Below are positions 34,813 to 46,054 of a stretch of 64,000 bases of DNA, piece after piece. The position numbers were made by a program, and so were the translations under genes. The notes below the pieces were generated by a model. The model was not told the origin of the DNA, did no database searches, and was given only the letters and a program-made list of their open reading frames with translations. Source of the DNA: Histomonas meleagridis 2922-C6/04-290x (lineage: Eukaryota > Protista > Parabasalia); contig JAANOX010000098.1 of NCBI GenBank assembly GCA_020184695.1, positions 1 through 64,000 of the forward strand, given 5' to 3'. Numbering within the stretch: position 1 is the stretch's first letter; each line of letters begins with the position of its first letter.

Positions 34813-37800
34813 CTATTTACTTATCCAACATGCATAATTGGGATTAATTTCAATTCCTTTTTGCTCAGAAAGTAAGTTAACTATTTTTTTGTGACCAAAA
34901 GATGTTGCTAAAACATATGCTGTATCAATTAAAATAAACGATTTTCAGGTATCAGTTTAAAATATCAAATTATTCAAACAATTATCAAATAAAATAAACA
35001 AATATTTTTAGCGTTGATATCAATTCCTTTTTGTTCAAGAAGGAATTTAACTGTTTCTGTCTGACCAAATCTAGATGCCATCATTAGTGTTGTATTAAAT
35101 AATATGAAGAATTTCCAAATCTACTTTTAAAACATAAAATTCTTAAAACAAAAATGAAATATTATAAGTAAATATCTGTAGCATTGATATCGATTCCTTC
35201 TTGTTTAAGAAGTAATTTCACTATGTCCAAATAACCTTTTGAAGATGCTTTCATTAGTGTTGTATTAAATGATTTAAAGAATTTCCAAATCTTATATTAA
35301 AACATAATATTCTTAAAACAAATATCATATATTTTAAGTAAATATCTGTAGCATTGATATCAATTCCTTTAAATTCAAGAAGTAATTTTACTATTTCTAT
35401 ATGACCATTTGAAACCGCAATCATAAACGCTGAATCAAATCATGTAAATAGTTTCCAAGTAATATTTAGAAATCTTAAATTATGAAATTATATTTTAAAC
35501 AAAACAATAAAATATCTTTTACATTAACTTCAATTTTGTTTAATGTAAGAAGTAATTTAACTGATTCGATTTGATTATTATAACATGAGCTCATAAGTGC
35601 TGTCCAAATTAATTTAAATAATTTCCAAATATTTTTTTGAAACACCAAATTATTAAAACTAATAAAAAATTCAACAAATAAATATCATGAGCATTAATAT
35701 CAATTTTTTTTTGTTTAAGAAGAAATTTAACTAATTCTATATGACCATTTTCACATGCTAAAATAAATGGTGTTCGAATTTATTTGGATAATTTCCAAAT
35801 ATTATTTTAATATATAATATCATTAGAAGTAATATTATCATAAAATTTAATATAATATTTATTTTGTTCAAGAAGTATTTTAACCATTTCTATTTTTCCA
35901 TTTGTAGATGCATCAATAAGAACTAATTCAATTAATTTAAATATATTTCAAATATTATCTTGAAATATCCCAAAGTTATTAAGAGAAACCCGAATTAAAA
36001 TGTATAAATCTTTATAAGATATAAACATACTTCTTTATATTCAAGAATTAATTTCGCTACATCATAATGACCATTTCGATATGCAATTATAAGTGGAGTT
36101 TCATGTATTTGAAATAATTTCCTTATATTGTTTTATAACTTTAAATTATAAAAATAAATATCAAATAAAACAAGTAAATATTTTTGTCATAAATCTCGAT
36201 AGATCTTGATAAATTAAGAAGTAATTCAACTATTTCTTTGTGACCTTTTTCACATGCACACATAAGTGCTGAACAAAATTATTTATATAATTTTTAAATA
36301 AAAATTTGAAATTTTCCCAAGTTATAAAAATAAATTAAAATGAAAAAATGAAAATAATACTACATTCGTTAAATTTAGTTTGCTTTTGTTTAAGAAGTAA
36401 TTCAACTATTTCTATGTAACCTTTTTCACACGCATACATAAGTGCAGTCATAAATAATTCAAATAATTTCCAAATATTATTTCGATACATCAAATTATTA
36501 TAATAAATCATAAATAAAATAATTAAATATTATTAACATTAATATCAATTCCTTCTTGTTCAAGAAGTAATTTGACAATTTCAGTATAACCTTTTTCAGA
36601 TGCCAAAATAAGTGCCGTATTAAACATTCTAAATGATTCCGAATTGTTATTTTGAAATATGAAATTATTATAATAAATCAAAAATAAAACAAATAAATTT
36701 TATCAGCATTAATATCATTTCCTTTTTGTTTAAGAAGCAATTTAACAATTTCAGTATGACCATTTTCAGATGCTAATATAAGTGCTGTTTCAAATATTTT
36801 GAATAATTTCCAAATATTATTTTAAAATACCAAATTATTAAAACAAAATAAAAATAAAATAAATAAATATCTTTAGCATTAATATCAATTCCTTCTTGTT
36901 CAAGAAGTAATTTAACGATTTCTGTATAACCTTTTGAAGATGCTATCATAAGTGCTGTATTAAATATTTTAAATAATTTCCAAATATAATTTTGAAATAA
37001 AAAATTATTAAAATAAATTTCAAATAAAAAGAATAAATATCTTTAGCATTAATATCAATTCCTTCTTGTTCAAGAAGTAATTTAACTATTTCTATTTCAC
37101 CTTTCTTAGATGCATAAATAAGTGCTGTTTTAAATAAATTACACAATTTCCAAATAAAATTTTGAAATAAAAAATTATTAAAATAAATTTCAAATAAAAA
37201 GAATAAATATCTTTAGCATTAACATCAATTCCTTCTTGTTCAAGAAGTAATTTAAATATTTCTTTATGACCATTTATAAACGCCATAATAAGTGCTGTTT
37301 TAAATAAATTAAATAATTTCCAAATATAATTTTGAAATAAAAAATTATTATATTTAATTCCGTATAAATTAAATTATTATCTTTAATATTGACATCAATT
37401 CCTTTTTGTTCAAGAAGTAATTTAACTATTTCTGTATCACCATGTGCTGTAGCAATATTAATTGATACACCAGAGAAGTCATTTTCAAATATTAACTTGA
37501 AATACTTAAATATTTTTAATAAACACAAATATCACAAATAAATTCTTTTAGCATTAATATCAATTTCTTTAAAATTTAAAACGTATCTAATAAGTTCAAT
37601 ATTACCAAATTCTACTGCATAAGCTAATAATGTCTTTGGAATTTGATTTCCTTCGAGAAAATACTTCAGAAAATATAAATTACCAGTTCTAGCTGTTTCC
37701 CTAATAATAGATTCATTAATTTTCATCCCTTCTTCTAGTAAAAAAGAGAAAATCTCATAATTATAATATCTTATACATTTTTTTCCTAATTTTTCCAATT

Positions 37801-38701
37801 TCTTAATTGCAATAATTTTGTTATCATAAAGATATTTAAAGATATCAAACCTATGATATTCGATTGCTGCTTCATATCCATTATCATATTCACTGTCAAA
37901 TGATGAATGATTTTGTTCGCATAAATGTATGATCTCTAAATTCCCACCGGCAACAGCATATTTTCCTGCATGTTCTATTTTAGCTCCATTCATAAGCAAA
38001 TATTTAAAACATTTAATCGATCCAAAAAATGCAGCAAAATCAATTAATGTAACATCTTCTGCACAAACAAATGTATATCTTTCACAAAATGATATTTCAA
38101 TTATTTGATTATAATTAAATTTGGGTTGTGATGATATTTTTTGAAGTTTTTCAATTTTATCATATCGAATTATCTTTGATATTTTATTCGGATTAACTCC
38201 CTTTTTAATTAATTTTTTATAACGTTTCCAATCATTAGAAGAAAGTTTTTTGTAATTTTTATGACGTGGTTTATCATATCTTATATAAAAGTCAAAATAA
38301 AATTTTTTCTTTTCAACTTTATCCATATAAATTAATTTTGATTCAATCATTTTCACCAAAAAAAAATTTGCTTCTTGTGATAATTCTCTAAAAAGATATA
38401 TTTTCAAAACATCAAATAGTTTAGGCTCAATTTTTTGATTTTCTTCTAATTCTTCTAATTTTTTCAAAAAATTCAAAATCATATCAAATTCATCCATTTT
38501 TATAACAAATAATTTGTATGTTATTTCACTGACCATCAAATTAAAAGTAAATGGATAATCTTTGTCAAATTTGTTAATTACCATTAAGGCGGTTTGATAT
38601 ATATTTTCTTTGCACAAACCAAAAATTATTTCGTTTATTGGTCGTAATGTATTCCATTCTACTTGATATTTTTTATTATGTAATTTTGTTTTTGATTCCA
38701 T
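34813..38701 (-). CDS. DUF3447-type/ankyrin-repeat gene (locus 4) with 16 putative non-canonical introns
   Basis: Open N-terminal frame to ~37544, then 16 open 30-31-codon ankyrin blocks separated by inserts. Ends KGIEINPNYACWISK-TAG at 34813. CDS status depends on insert removal. Confidence 0.75.
34924..37543 (-). repeat. Array of 16 ankyrin-linker inserts, 170-nt period (12 spacers of exactly 80 nt)
   Basis: Spacers in transcription order: 75, 80, 80, 80, 80, 80, 80, 86, 80, 83, 63, 80, 80, 80, 80, 80 (hand count), e.g. 36959-37038. Confidence 0.9.
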
Positions 38702-39088
38702 CAACAAATTTTAAAATGACAAAATCTGTCATTACAATAAACTATACAAAAATCAAAAAGTGTGCGTTTTACATAAACTAAATAAAATTCCAATCATTAA
38801 ACAGTATTTAATTGAGACTTCTAATAGATGGATTATCAGTGAAGATTTAACCATGAAAGTAGCATAAAACTTATTACTATATGAGTACATATCAACATAG
38901 TATTGAGTTCTTTCCAATAGCTAAAGTTTAATTTAATAATATTAAATATTTTTGTGAATTTAAAAATTATATTTATTTTATGAATATTCGTTGTTAGTGC
39001 ATTTTGTTATCCATTTTGTTCATATGCTAGGTAAGGAACTTGCTTATCTTTTTTATCATTTTTATATGAATGACATGTGAAGTGAACT

Positions 39089-40045
39089 ATGGTGGTAATT
39101 TTTGGATTTTGCAAAATGATGCCAAATGATTCGGAATCACCTCAACAAAATTGGTGCCTTCCGAATCAAGGTGAACCAGAAATACAAATTTCTTTTCTTA
39201 GAAGTCAAATATCAGATCTTCAATACAAACTTAATGAAAAGAAGCTTCAGAGCCAAGAACTTCTAGAAAAAATCGATAAAATTCAAAAGCATTCAGAGCA
39301 AAGCAAACAAAGTCTTACTGATTTAAATCAAAAACTGATACAAAAAATCAAACAACTTAACAATGAGAATCAAAAACTTCAGCGCAAAAACTATGATGTA
39401 TTTAATACTATGATGCAAATTCAAAAAGCCTTTGACAATGTACAAAAACAAAAGAGTGATTATGAAATAAGAATTAAAGATCTTGAAGAGCAAAATAAAA
39501 ATCTTCTCACGGAAAACTCAAGAGCATTAGAAACGCTTTACAGGTCCAAACACAGCACTCCAGAAAACATGAAAGCAATTGAAGCAAAAAATGCGGAACT
39601 TACTAAGCAAAACAACATCTTATTACTTGAAATCTCAAAACTTAAAGGGAAGAGAAAGAAGAAGAGTTTACATATGCAAATGCATCAAAGACAAATCATC
39701 AATGAGAACATAAAATTAAAGAGAAAACTTCGTGTTTATGATTCACAAATTAACACATCCAAATGCGAAATATTACGTCTTAAAACAGAACTTTCATCAC
39801 GTGAAGCTGAATTAAATGAAACAATTTACGAGTTATACACATTAAAAAGAGGAGGCAATGTAACATTACAAGAATTTAATGACTTGGAGAAGTTGGAAGA
39901 TGTAATCAAAGTGCTACAAATGAAATGTAAAGATTTGGAACATGTGAACCATCGTTTGCTCTTGGAGAGAAACGAATTAAAACGTTCGAACATAAGATTC
40001 AAAAGATTCAATGAAGAACTGAACTCAAAGCAAAAACAATTGTAA
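39089..40045 (+). CDS. Hypothetical coiled-coil protein
   Basis: 318-aa ORF with K/E/Q/L heptads; start may be 39116 or 39119. Confidence 0.8.
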   Translation: MVVIFGFCKMMPNDSESPQQNWCLPNQGEPEIQISFLRSQISDLQYKLNEKKLQSQELLEKIDKIQKHSEQSKQSLTDLNQKLIQKIKQLNNENQKLQRKNYDVFNTMMQIQKAFDNVQKQKSDYEIRIKDLEEQNKNLLTENSRALETLYRSKHSTPENMKAIEAKNAELTKQNNILLLEISKLKGKRKKKSLHMQMHQRQIINENIKLKRKLRVYDSQINTSKCEILRLKTELSSREAELNETIYELYTLKRGGNVTLQEFNDLEKLEDVIKVLQMKCKDLEHVNHRLLLERNELKRSNIRFKRFNEELNSKQKQL

Positions 40046-40078
40046 TTAAAGAAATATTTATATTATATATTAATAAAA

Positions 40079-41629
40079 TTATATTACTGTTAAATCTTCT
40101 TTTCTAATTTTGTATCTGATCCACTCAGTCATATCTTTTAAACTTTTAGGCGAATGCGCACAATCACACAACGCATCTTCGTATACGCACATTAGTATTG
40201 TCTCGCAGCATGATTCAATTACAGCATCAAATATTGATGTGCCAAAGTATACAAATATCGTGACGATAATAACCGCTATATGCGGCTCAAAAAGTTCCAT
40301 CTTCTTTGTAATGAAGTGCATTATAATTGCTGAAAACATAGTTATTAAAACCTTTGCACGGAAGAATATACTTCGCATCACTGTCTCTGATGTAAACATT
40401 GCTCTTGTGTAAAGTGCATTTGTTACATCAGTACAACTATCCCAAAAAGATTTTCCTTTCATAGCTGTAAAAACAAAAGCTGTACTACAAATGCCATTAC
40501 AAATATTTACAATAAATTTACAAATGATAATAATACAACGAAAAATTGTTTTTGTAAGTGTATTATGTGAATAAGATAATGACCTATAAACATACGAGAA
40601 AAACATTGATATTTTCGATAACAAAAACACCGCAAATGACCCAAAAAGTAATGTTCCAACATGATAACGAATAATTACATTCATCGAATTCCAAAATGTC
40701 GGAACATTATTATGAAAGAATGAAGATATTGTCACGTATGAAACAGCTGTACGAGCCAGAAATGTCACAAAGAAAATCATCCATAAACCGATAATTGGAA
40801 ATAGGATGATTGTTGCATAAAGAGATACATGACGTTGTATATGTATAGTGTTTGAAGAGTAAATTGGCACGCCAACACCAATTGCAAATAATAAACCGAA
40901 TAATGTGAATAATAATAAAATTATTGATGAAAAAAGTATAAAAATTGGCGCAATGAAAATCGTTTTATTTTTAGTGATAACTTTAAATGTTTCATTAATT
41001 AATGGAAAGATAAATTGTAACTTGGACTTAATGTATAAAAAGTAAATAAAACTAATGATTGATATTATAATAACAAAAATCGAAATAATGTAATTTCGTT
41101 GTGAAAGAGAATAATAAATTGAAAATACTGTAAAAAAGAAAAGAAACAGAAATTGAATTATAGTAAAAAGAAATGTTAACTTAGTGCATAAGAAATATGC
41201 TGGAAATGATATTAGTAATGAAATCAAAAAAATGCAGACTGCTGATTTCCAATATTGAAAAAAATCAAAGGCAAGTTTGAAAGAAATAGATGACTTTTTT
41301 ATAAGCACAGTGTCATGTGGAATGCATAATGAAAAAAAGAGTCTACCATCACACTTAGAAATACATTCTTGCGAATATGATAAAAATTTTTTGTTTCTAA
41401 AATCTGAATTATTGTTTGATTCTGCAATCACTGTGTTATCGAGGCCACAACGAAATCCATTTGAATCGGCTGGATGTAAAAATGAAAATTGATGACCAAA
41501 TATAATTACAAGAAAAAATACCAGGACTGTTGATACAAATATTGGAACTGAAAAGAAATAGCATATTTGATCTGTAATAGCTCTATCTTTTACCGGGTAT
41601 TCTCCTGGTGGAATGTTTTCTTTTTCCAT
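40079..41629 (-). CDS. Choline transporter-like (CTL/SLC44) membrane protein
   Basis: DSNGFRCG after TM1, RYHVGTLLFGS, AMKGKSFWDSC, ETILMCVYED; about 10 TM segments. Confidence 0.88.
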   Translation of the reverse strand: MEKENIPPGEYPVKDRAITDQICYFFSVPIFVSTVLVFFLVIIFGHQFSFLHPADSNGFRCGLDNTVIAESNNNSDFRNKKFLSYSQECISKCDGRLFFSLCIPHDTVLIKKSSISFKLAFDFFQYWKSAVCIFLISLLISFPAYFLCTKLTFLFTIIQFLFLFFFTVFSIYYSLSQRNYIISIFVIIISIISFIYFLYIKSKLQFIFPLINETFKVITKNKTIFIAPIFILFSSIILLLFTLFGLLFAIGVGVPIYSSNTIHIQRHVSLYATIILFPIIGLWMIFFVTFLARTAVSYVTISSFFHNNVPTFWNSMNVIIRYHVGTLLFGSFAVFLLSKISMFFSYVYRSLSYSHNTLTKTIFRCIIIICKFIVNICNGICSTAFVFTAMKGKSFWDSCTDVTNALYTRAMFTSETVMRSIFFRAKVLITMFSAIIMHFITKKMELFEPHIAVIIVTIFVYFGTSIFDAVIESCCETILMCVYEDALCDCAHSPKSLKDMTEWIRYKIRKEDLTVI

Positions 41630-41903
41630 AAAAATCTAACCGAAATATACATTCAATTCAAAATCCGTCGATTAAATTCAACAGAAAATATTTCCTTCTT
41701 CTTCCTTCATATTTATTCGTATTCTCTTATATCTACAAATTTCCTTTAAATCATGTTTGCATATTTTAAGTATAAAAGTTCAGATGAAATTTACATTTTA
41801 ATTTTGTGAATAATATCAAAAATTAATCAGCAAATATTAAATATTTTCAAAAACATTTTCATATAATTCATGTTTATATATCACAATGACAAAAATATGT
41901 GTT

Positions 41904-42986
41904 CTATTCATTTACAATTTCATCATTTTGCCTATTCAAGTACAAGCAAATTACCATCAGCAACGCCACAATCGTAACAACTATTATAAACTTCGGAGTG
42001 CTCTTTTTGTTCCTTCCATTAAATCGTTTGTTTGCACGTTTCACAATTTCCGCGGTGTCCCAATCTTTGTTCGATTGTATGTCATGCAGAAGCAAATTTT
42101 TCGCTCGCGGTTCGATTTGCTCCAAATGCGAAATGAACAAATCATCGAAATAAGCTTGGAAGTCATTAACATGCGCAATGACATTATCCCAAATGAGAAA
42201 TGTTTCTTTCGCTGTGTGCAAATCAGAAAATAATGCAATTCGCCAACCAAGTCCAAACTGTGCAGGACTAACGCTAAGGTCTGTGAGTTTCCGATACACG
42301 TTTGGGAAGTTGGTTTGGATAAATGGCTCAAGTGAAGTGAAATGATTTATTGCTTGCTCATTATTTTTGAGAATGGATTGGATATCAGTGATTCGAAGGA
42401 GCTTCTGGCCTATAAAAAAGGTAATGGCTTCGGAAAAATACTCAGGTGAACAATTATAAAGATCAAAAAAGGATCGTTGTGTAAATGCAAATAATAAAAC
42501 AAGATGGTATGTTAAAAATATATAGCGGTCAAAACCTTGAAGATACGAATAGAATTTGTCCGTAGATGATAATAATGCAAGAATACGTTCAACTGTGGGG
42601 ATTGCATTATCAAGATATTCTTGTGGAAATCCAGCAAGTTGGGATGGATTTCCAAATGTGTGAACACTCCGTACTAAGTCCTTTTTAATAATAAGTGCTT
42701 GCTTATATGGAATTATATCGAGTGGATTATTTTTGCCAAAATGATTATCATAAGATTCCTTGTATTCTTTAACGAGATTATACAGGGATACAAAGTATTC
42801 ACTTTTGACTGGCTTTATTATGTTGAGAGAAATTAGCCATGAAATTAGACGATTAGTTTGATCTTTTTCAAGATCTTCAGTGAGAAGAAAATCCTGAGCT
42901 AACTCTTTACTTGTAATGTTGCTATCATAGGAGTCAATTGCATCCATAATAGCACTTCCCATATTGGTAAAATATGCTTCTTCCAT
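41904..42986 (-). CDS. Rab-GAP TBC domain protein with C-terminal TM
   Basis: IIKKDLVRS (IxxDxxR), YSYLQGFD (YxQG), FLIWDNVI. First ATG is 42986; the open frame extends to 43079. Confidence 0.85.
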   Translation of the reverse strand: MEEAYFTNMGSAIMDAIDSYDSNITSKELAQDFLLTEDLEKDQTNRLISWLISLNIIKPVKSEYFVSLYNLVKEYKESYDNHFGKNNPLDIIPYKQALIIKKDLVRSVHTFGNPSQLAGFPQEYLDNAIPTVERILALLSSTDKFYSYLQGFDRYIFLTYHLVLLFAFTQRSFFDLYNCSPEYFSEAITFFIGQKLLRITDIQSILKNNEQAINHFTSLEPFIQTNFPNVYRKLTDLSVSPAQFGLGWRIALFSDLHTAKETFLIWDNVIAHVNDFQAYFDDLFISHLEQIEPRAKNLLLHDIQSNKDWDTAEIVKRANKRFNGRNKKSTPKFIIVVTIVALLMVICLYLNRQNDEIVNE

Positions 42987-43386
42987 TGGAATAATAAAAA
43001 TTTTCAAATTCAGAAAAAAACGTTTATTTGACCAATCAGAATTATGTGAAGTGAAAAAACCATTCGTAAGGTCTTTCAATTTAAATTTTCACGTTCAAAT
43101 TTTCAATATCTATTCAAGTGACTTGGAAGAGGAGATCAAACAAAGAAGAATTTCATATTATTAATAATCTTATTAGTTGATCTTTGTTGTTCCTTTCAAA
43201 ATTTTGTTGTATAAAGTAATATTTATATTTTGAAGGATTAATCATTCAATTATTAAATCAAACAGACCAATTTAAATGCAGATGAAAACTTTGGCTAAAG
43301 GTTAATGAAAAGATGCCTTAACAACATCTCATCAGATATTATTTAAACAGTTTTTTTTATATATTTATTTATTCACATATAAAAAC

Positions 43387-44577
43387 TTATTTTTCGTCAT
43401 TTGAAAACTCTTTTCCGAGTTGCTCGAAGTAGTTTATCGTCATTTTCATTTCCTCCTCCAGCACTCCAATTTGCATTTGCCATGACCGTAATGCATTTAT
43501 TATAACTTGGTTATCATGCGCCTGTTTTGCTTTAATTTCCTTTATCTTTTTCTTTTCTTTCTCGATTTTTTCTTTTATCTCATCATCGCTTGCAAAAATT
43601 GTGCGCGGCGACTTCGTCTGCACACTTATGTCCTGGTAAAACGACGCGAAGTCGTCGTCGACGTACTGCGCGTCTTGCGAGTATACTCTGTCGTTCCAAT
43701 GCAAGCGGAAGTTTTGGCGTATTTCGTTAATCTCTTGTTCCTTAGCATTAACTTCGTCTCTGATGAGTTCTAAGCTGCTCACTTCTTCGTCAATGCTTTG
43801 CAGCGATGTTTTGAGCTGTGTCAAATGTTCAGTCTGCGATCGTCTCTGCGAAAGTTTTTGTTGTAGCTCTTCTATTTCATTTGTGAGATTTTCATAGGAC
43901 TTTATAAGGAACGTGACGTCAGAGAACTCATTCTCGCTTTCGAGGAGTGAGTTGTAGCGAGTTAATAAAGATTGCCTTCGAGATTGGAGATTATCTACTT
44001 GTTGAAGAGAATTATTGAATTGGTATAAGGCTGCTAGTCTACTTTGGTATATGTTTTGATAGCTTGGAAGAGATTTGGCAAATGAAATTGATTCATTTGT
44101 CTTTTGAATTTGTTGTTCGATATATTTTTCTTGTAATGTTTTAAGCTTTCGAATAGACCCACTGGAATAAATATAGGGCTTTGGAATATTTTCTGCGTTT
44201 TTATTTTCTTCTAAAAGAAGATTAAGTATATCTTGCTGTGATTCGAGAAGATTTTGTAACAAAGATTGTGCCTTTGTTTCTTCTTCAATTTGTTTGTCGA
44301 CAGCTGTTATTTCTGTGCAAATGTTTTTAATTTGTGATTGAATTTCTTCTAATGATATCCTCATTGCAGCTCTCCGCAATTCAGCATCAGTCATTTCATC
44401 TTCATCATGTGAAGGTAATTTTTTAAAATCAGAATCATTTTCGTTTATCATTTTTTGTTTTTTTGTGGAAAGGAAAAGTGACAATAATGCAACCATTTGC
44501 ATTGCACAGCAAATGCATGTTTTTAGATCAAAATAAATAGGAAGTTCAATAATACACCAAATCATTATCATTTTCAT
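43387..44577 (-). CDS. Hypothetical coiled-coil protein
   Basis: 396-aa ORF; start codon uncertain. Confidence 0.75.
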   Translation of the reverse strand: MKMIMIWCIIELPIYFDLKTCICCAMQMVALLSLFLSTKKQKMINENDSDFKKLPSHDEDEMTDAELRRAAMRISLEEIQSQIKNICTEITAVDKQIEEETKAQSLLQNLLESQQDILNLLLEENKNAENIPKPYIYSSGSIRKLKTLQEKYIEQQIQKTNESISFAKSLPSYQNIYQSRLAALYQFNNSLQQVDNLQSRRQSLLTRYNSLLESENEFSDVTFLIKSYENLTNEIEELQQKLSQRRSQTEHLTQLKTSLQSIDEEVSSLELIRDEVNAKEQEINEIRQNFRLHWNDRVYSQDAQYVDDDFASFYQDISVQTKSPRTIFASDDEIKEKIEKEKKKIKEIKAKQAHDNQVIINALRSWQMQIGVLEEEMKMTINYFEQLGKEFSNDEK

Positions 44578-44782
44578 TTGAAATTATCATGATAATTTCT
44601 CTATTGAATTTTAATTATTAATGTTGAAAAAATTTTGTCACAGAAAATATTATTGCGTACAGTAACAAACTCAAGAACTTAGGGTACATATTATCGAATC
44701 TTGTTCAAGCTCATTAGTTATGAAGAGGTGAAATGAAACACAAAAGTGACGCTTGGTTAACCGCAGAAAACCTCCATTTCTT

Positions 44783-46054
44783 ATGCGAAAAGTCCTGAAG
44801 CAAATCAATATCAAATTCTATCCTCCTTCTCTTTCACTTGTTTCCCAACAGGGGAATGATCTTTCTGAAAGTGTAATTGACTTACAGTCAATTTCAGCTG
44901 ATACAGACGTTGATGAACTTGCAGACGAAATCATGGCAAGTGAACCCGTTCTTAAACCCAAGCACCGCAAGGCACTCATTTCATCAATTGAGAAAGTTAT
45001 AAAAATGCAAGGTATAGATTTTAATACATTTGAACTTGCACGAGTTCATAAGGCACATGAGATGCCACTTACTGACTGCGCGTTTAACAAGATGGGCGAG
45101 CTCTTTATTACAGCTTCCAACGATCGTACATGCATTGTCTGGGAAACCGAAACAGGCAAAAAACTTCATGTTTTAACCGGCCACACCAACTCCATCTATT
45201 GCTGTACATTCAACAATCCCTTTGGTAATCTCATTGCCACAGGTTCCAATGATAAGACCGCTCGCATATGGGATGTTGAAAGCGGCACGTCACTCCACGA
45301 GCTCACTGGGCACACTGGGGAAGTTGTGAAAGTTGTTTTTGATCATGGTTCCCAACGATTAGCCACTGCCTCATTAGATCGGACATCTCGCATCTGGGAT
45401 GTCGAGAGTGGGCAATGTCTTCTCACACTCCGCGGGCACATCGCCGAGGTCACTCACGTCGAGTTTACCAACGACGACCACATCCTCATGACTAGCTCAT
45501 TTGATTCCACCGCCAAACTATGGGACGTCCGGAGCGGCACCGAGCTCTTTTCTCTTGTCGGACACAGCTCTGAGGTCAGCACTGCGCACTTCGACTGGCC
45601 GTGCGAGCATGCGCTGACAGCATCGACCGACGGCACTGCGCGGATATGGGACATCCGCACCGGGCACACGACGCGCGTGCTCGAGGGCCACCGCGACGCA
45701 GTGCTCGACGCGTGCTGGTCGCCGGACGGGCGGCGCATCGCGACGTGCTCCGCGGACCACACTGCGAAGGTGTGGGCGCAAAACGGCGACGAACTGTTCA
45801 CGTTCGAAGGGCACAGCGACGAGGTGACGCGCGTGATGTTCTCGCCGCAGGGCTCGAAGCTGCTGACCGCATCGGACGACGCGACGTGCCGACTCTGGGA
45901 CCTGGCGACGGGGCTCGAGCTGGAGCAGCTGAAGGGGCACACGAACCAAATAATGAGCTGCGCGTTCAATTACTCCGGTGAATGGATAATAACGGCGTCG
46001 CACGATAATACTGTGATACAATGGAAGGCCGCGAGAACAGACTATAGATGCTAA
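44783..46054 (+). CDS. DAW1: Dynein assembly factor with WD repeats 1 (ODA16/WDR69)
   Basis: IKFYPPS N-terminus, HEMPLTDCAFNKMGELFITASNDRTC, FNNPFGNLIATGSNDKTARIWD, 8 WD40 repeats, IMSCAFNYSGEWIITASHDNT. Confidence 0.92.
   Translation: MRKVLKQINIKFYPPSLSLVSQQGNDLSESVIDLQSISADTDVDELADEIMASEPVLKPKHRKALISSIEKVIKMQGIDFNTFELARVHKAHEMPLTDCAFNKMGELFITASNDRTCIVWETETGKKLHVLTGHTNSIYCCTFNNPFGNLIATGSNDKTARIWDVESGTSLHELTGHTGEVVKVVFDHGSQRLATASLDRTSRIWDVESGQCLLTLRGHIAEVTHVEFTNDDHILMTSSFDSTAKLWDVRSGTELFSLVGHSSEVSTAHFDWPCEHALTASTDGTARIWDIRTGHTTRVLEGHRDAVLDACWSPDGRRIATCSADHTAKVWAQNGDELFTFEGHSDEVTRVMFSPQGSKLLTASDDATCRLWDLATGLELEQLKGHTNQIMSCAFNYSGEWIITASHDNTVIQWKAARTDYRC

Noticed and set aside
34924-37543. Inserts as U12-type AT-AC introns
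   Set aside because: Cutting ATTT...AC removes the Thr codon and leaves the wrong frame. There is no ATATCCT donor, and several copies lack AC.
34924-37543. CRISPR array or plain satellite
   Set aside because: The 170-nt unit contains a 90-nt ankyrin-coding block in a eukaryotic gene; there are no cas genes and no repeat/unique-spacer structure.
45454-46021. Long antisense and alternate-frame ORFs (also 20283-20843, 15855-16169, 42041-42331, 56212-56634 and others)
   Set aside because: Shadows of real genes caused by GC-rich or repetitive codons; no recognisable motifs.
3150-46054. Functional clustering of dynein-arm genes (ODA-DC-like remnant and DAW1)
   Set aside because: They are more than 40 kb apart with unrelated genes between; most likely coincidence.
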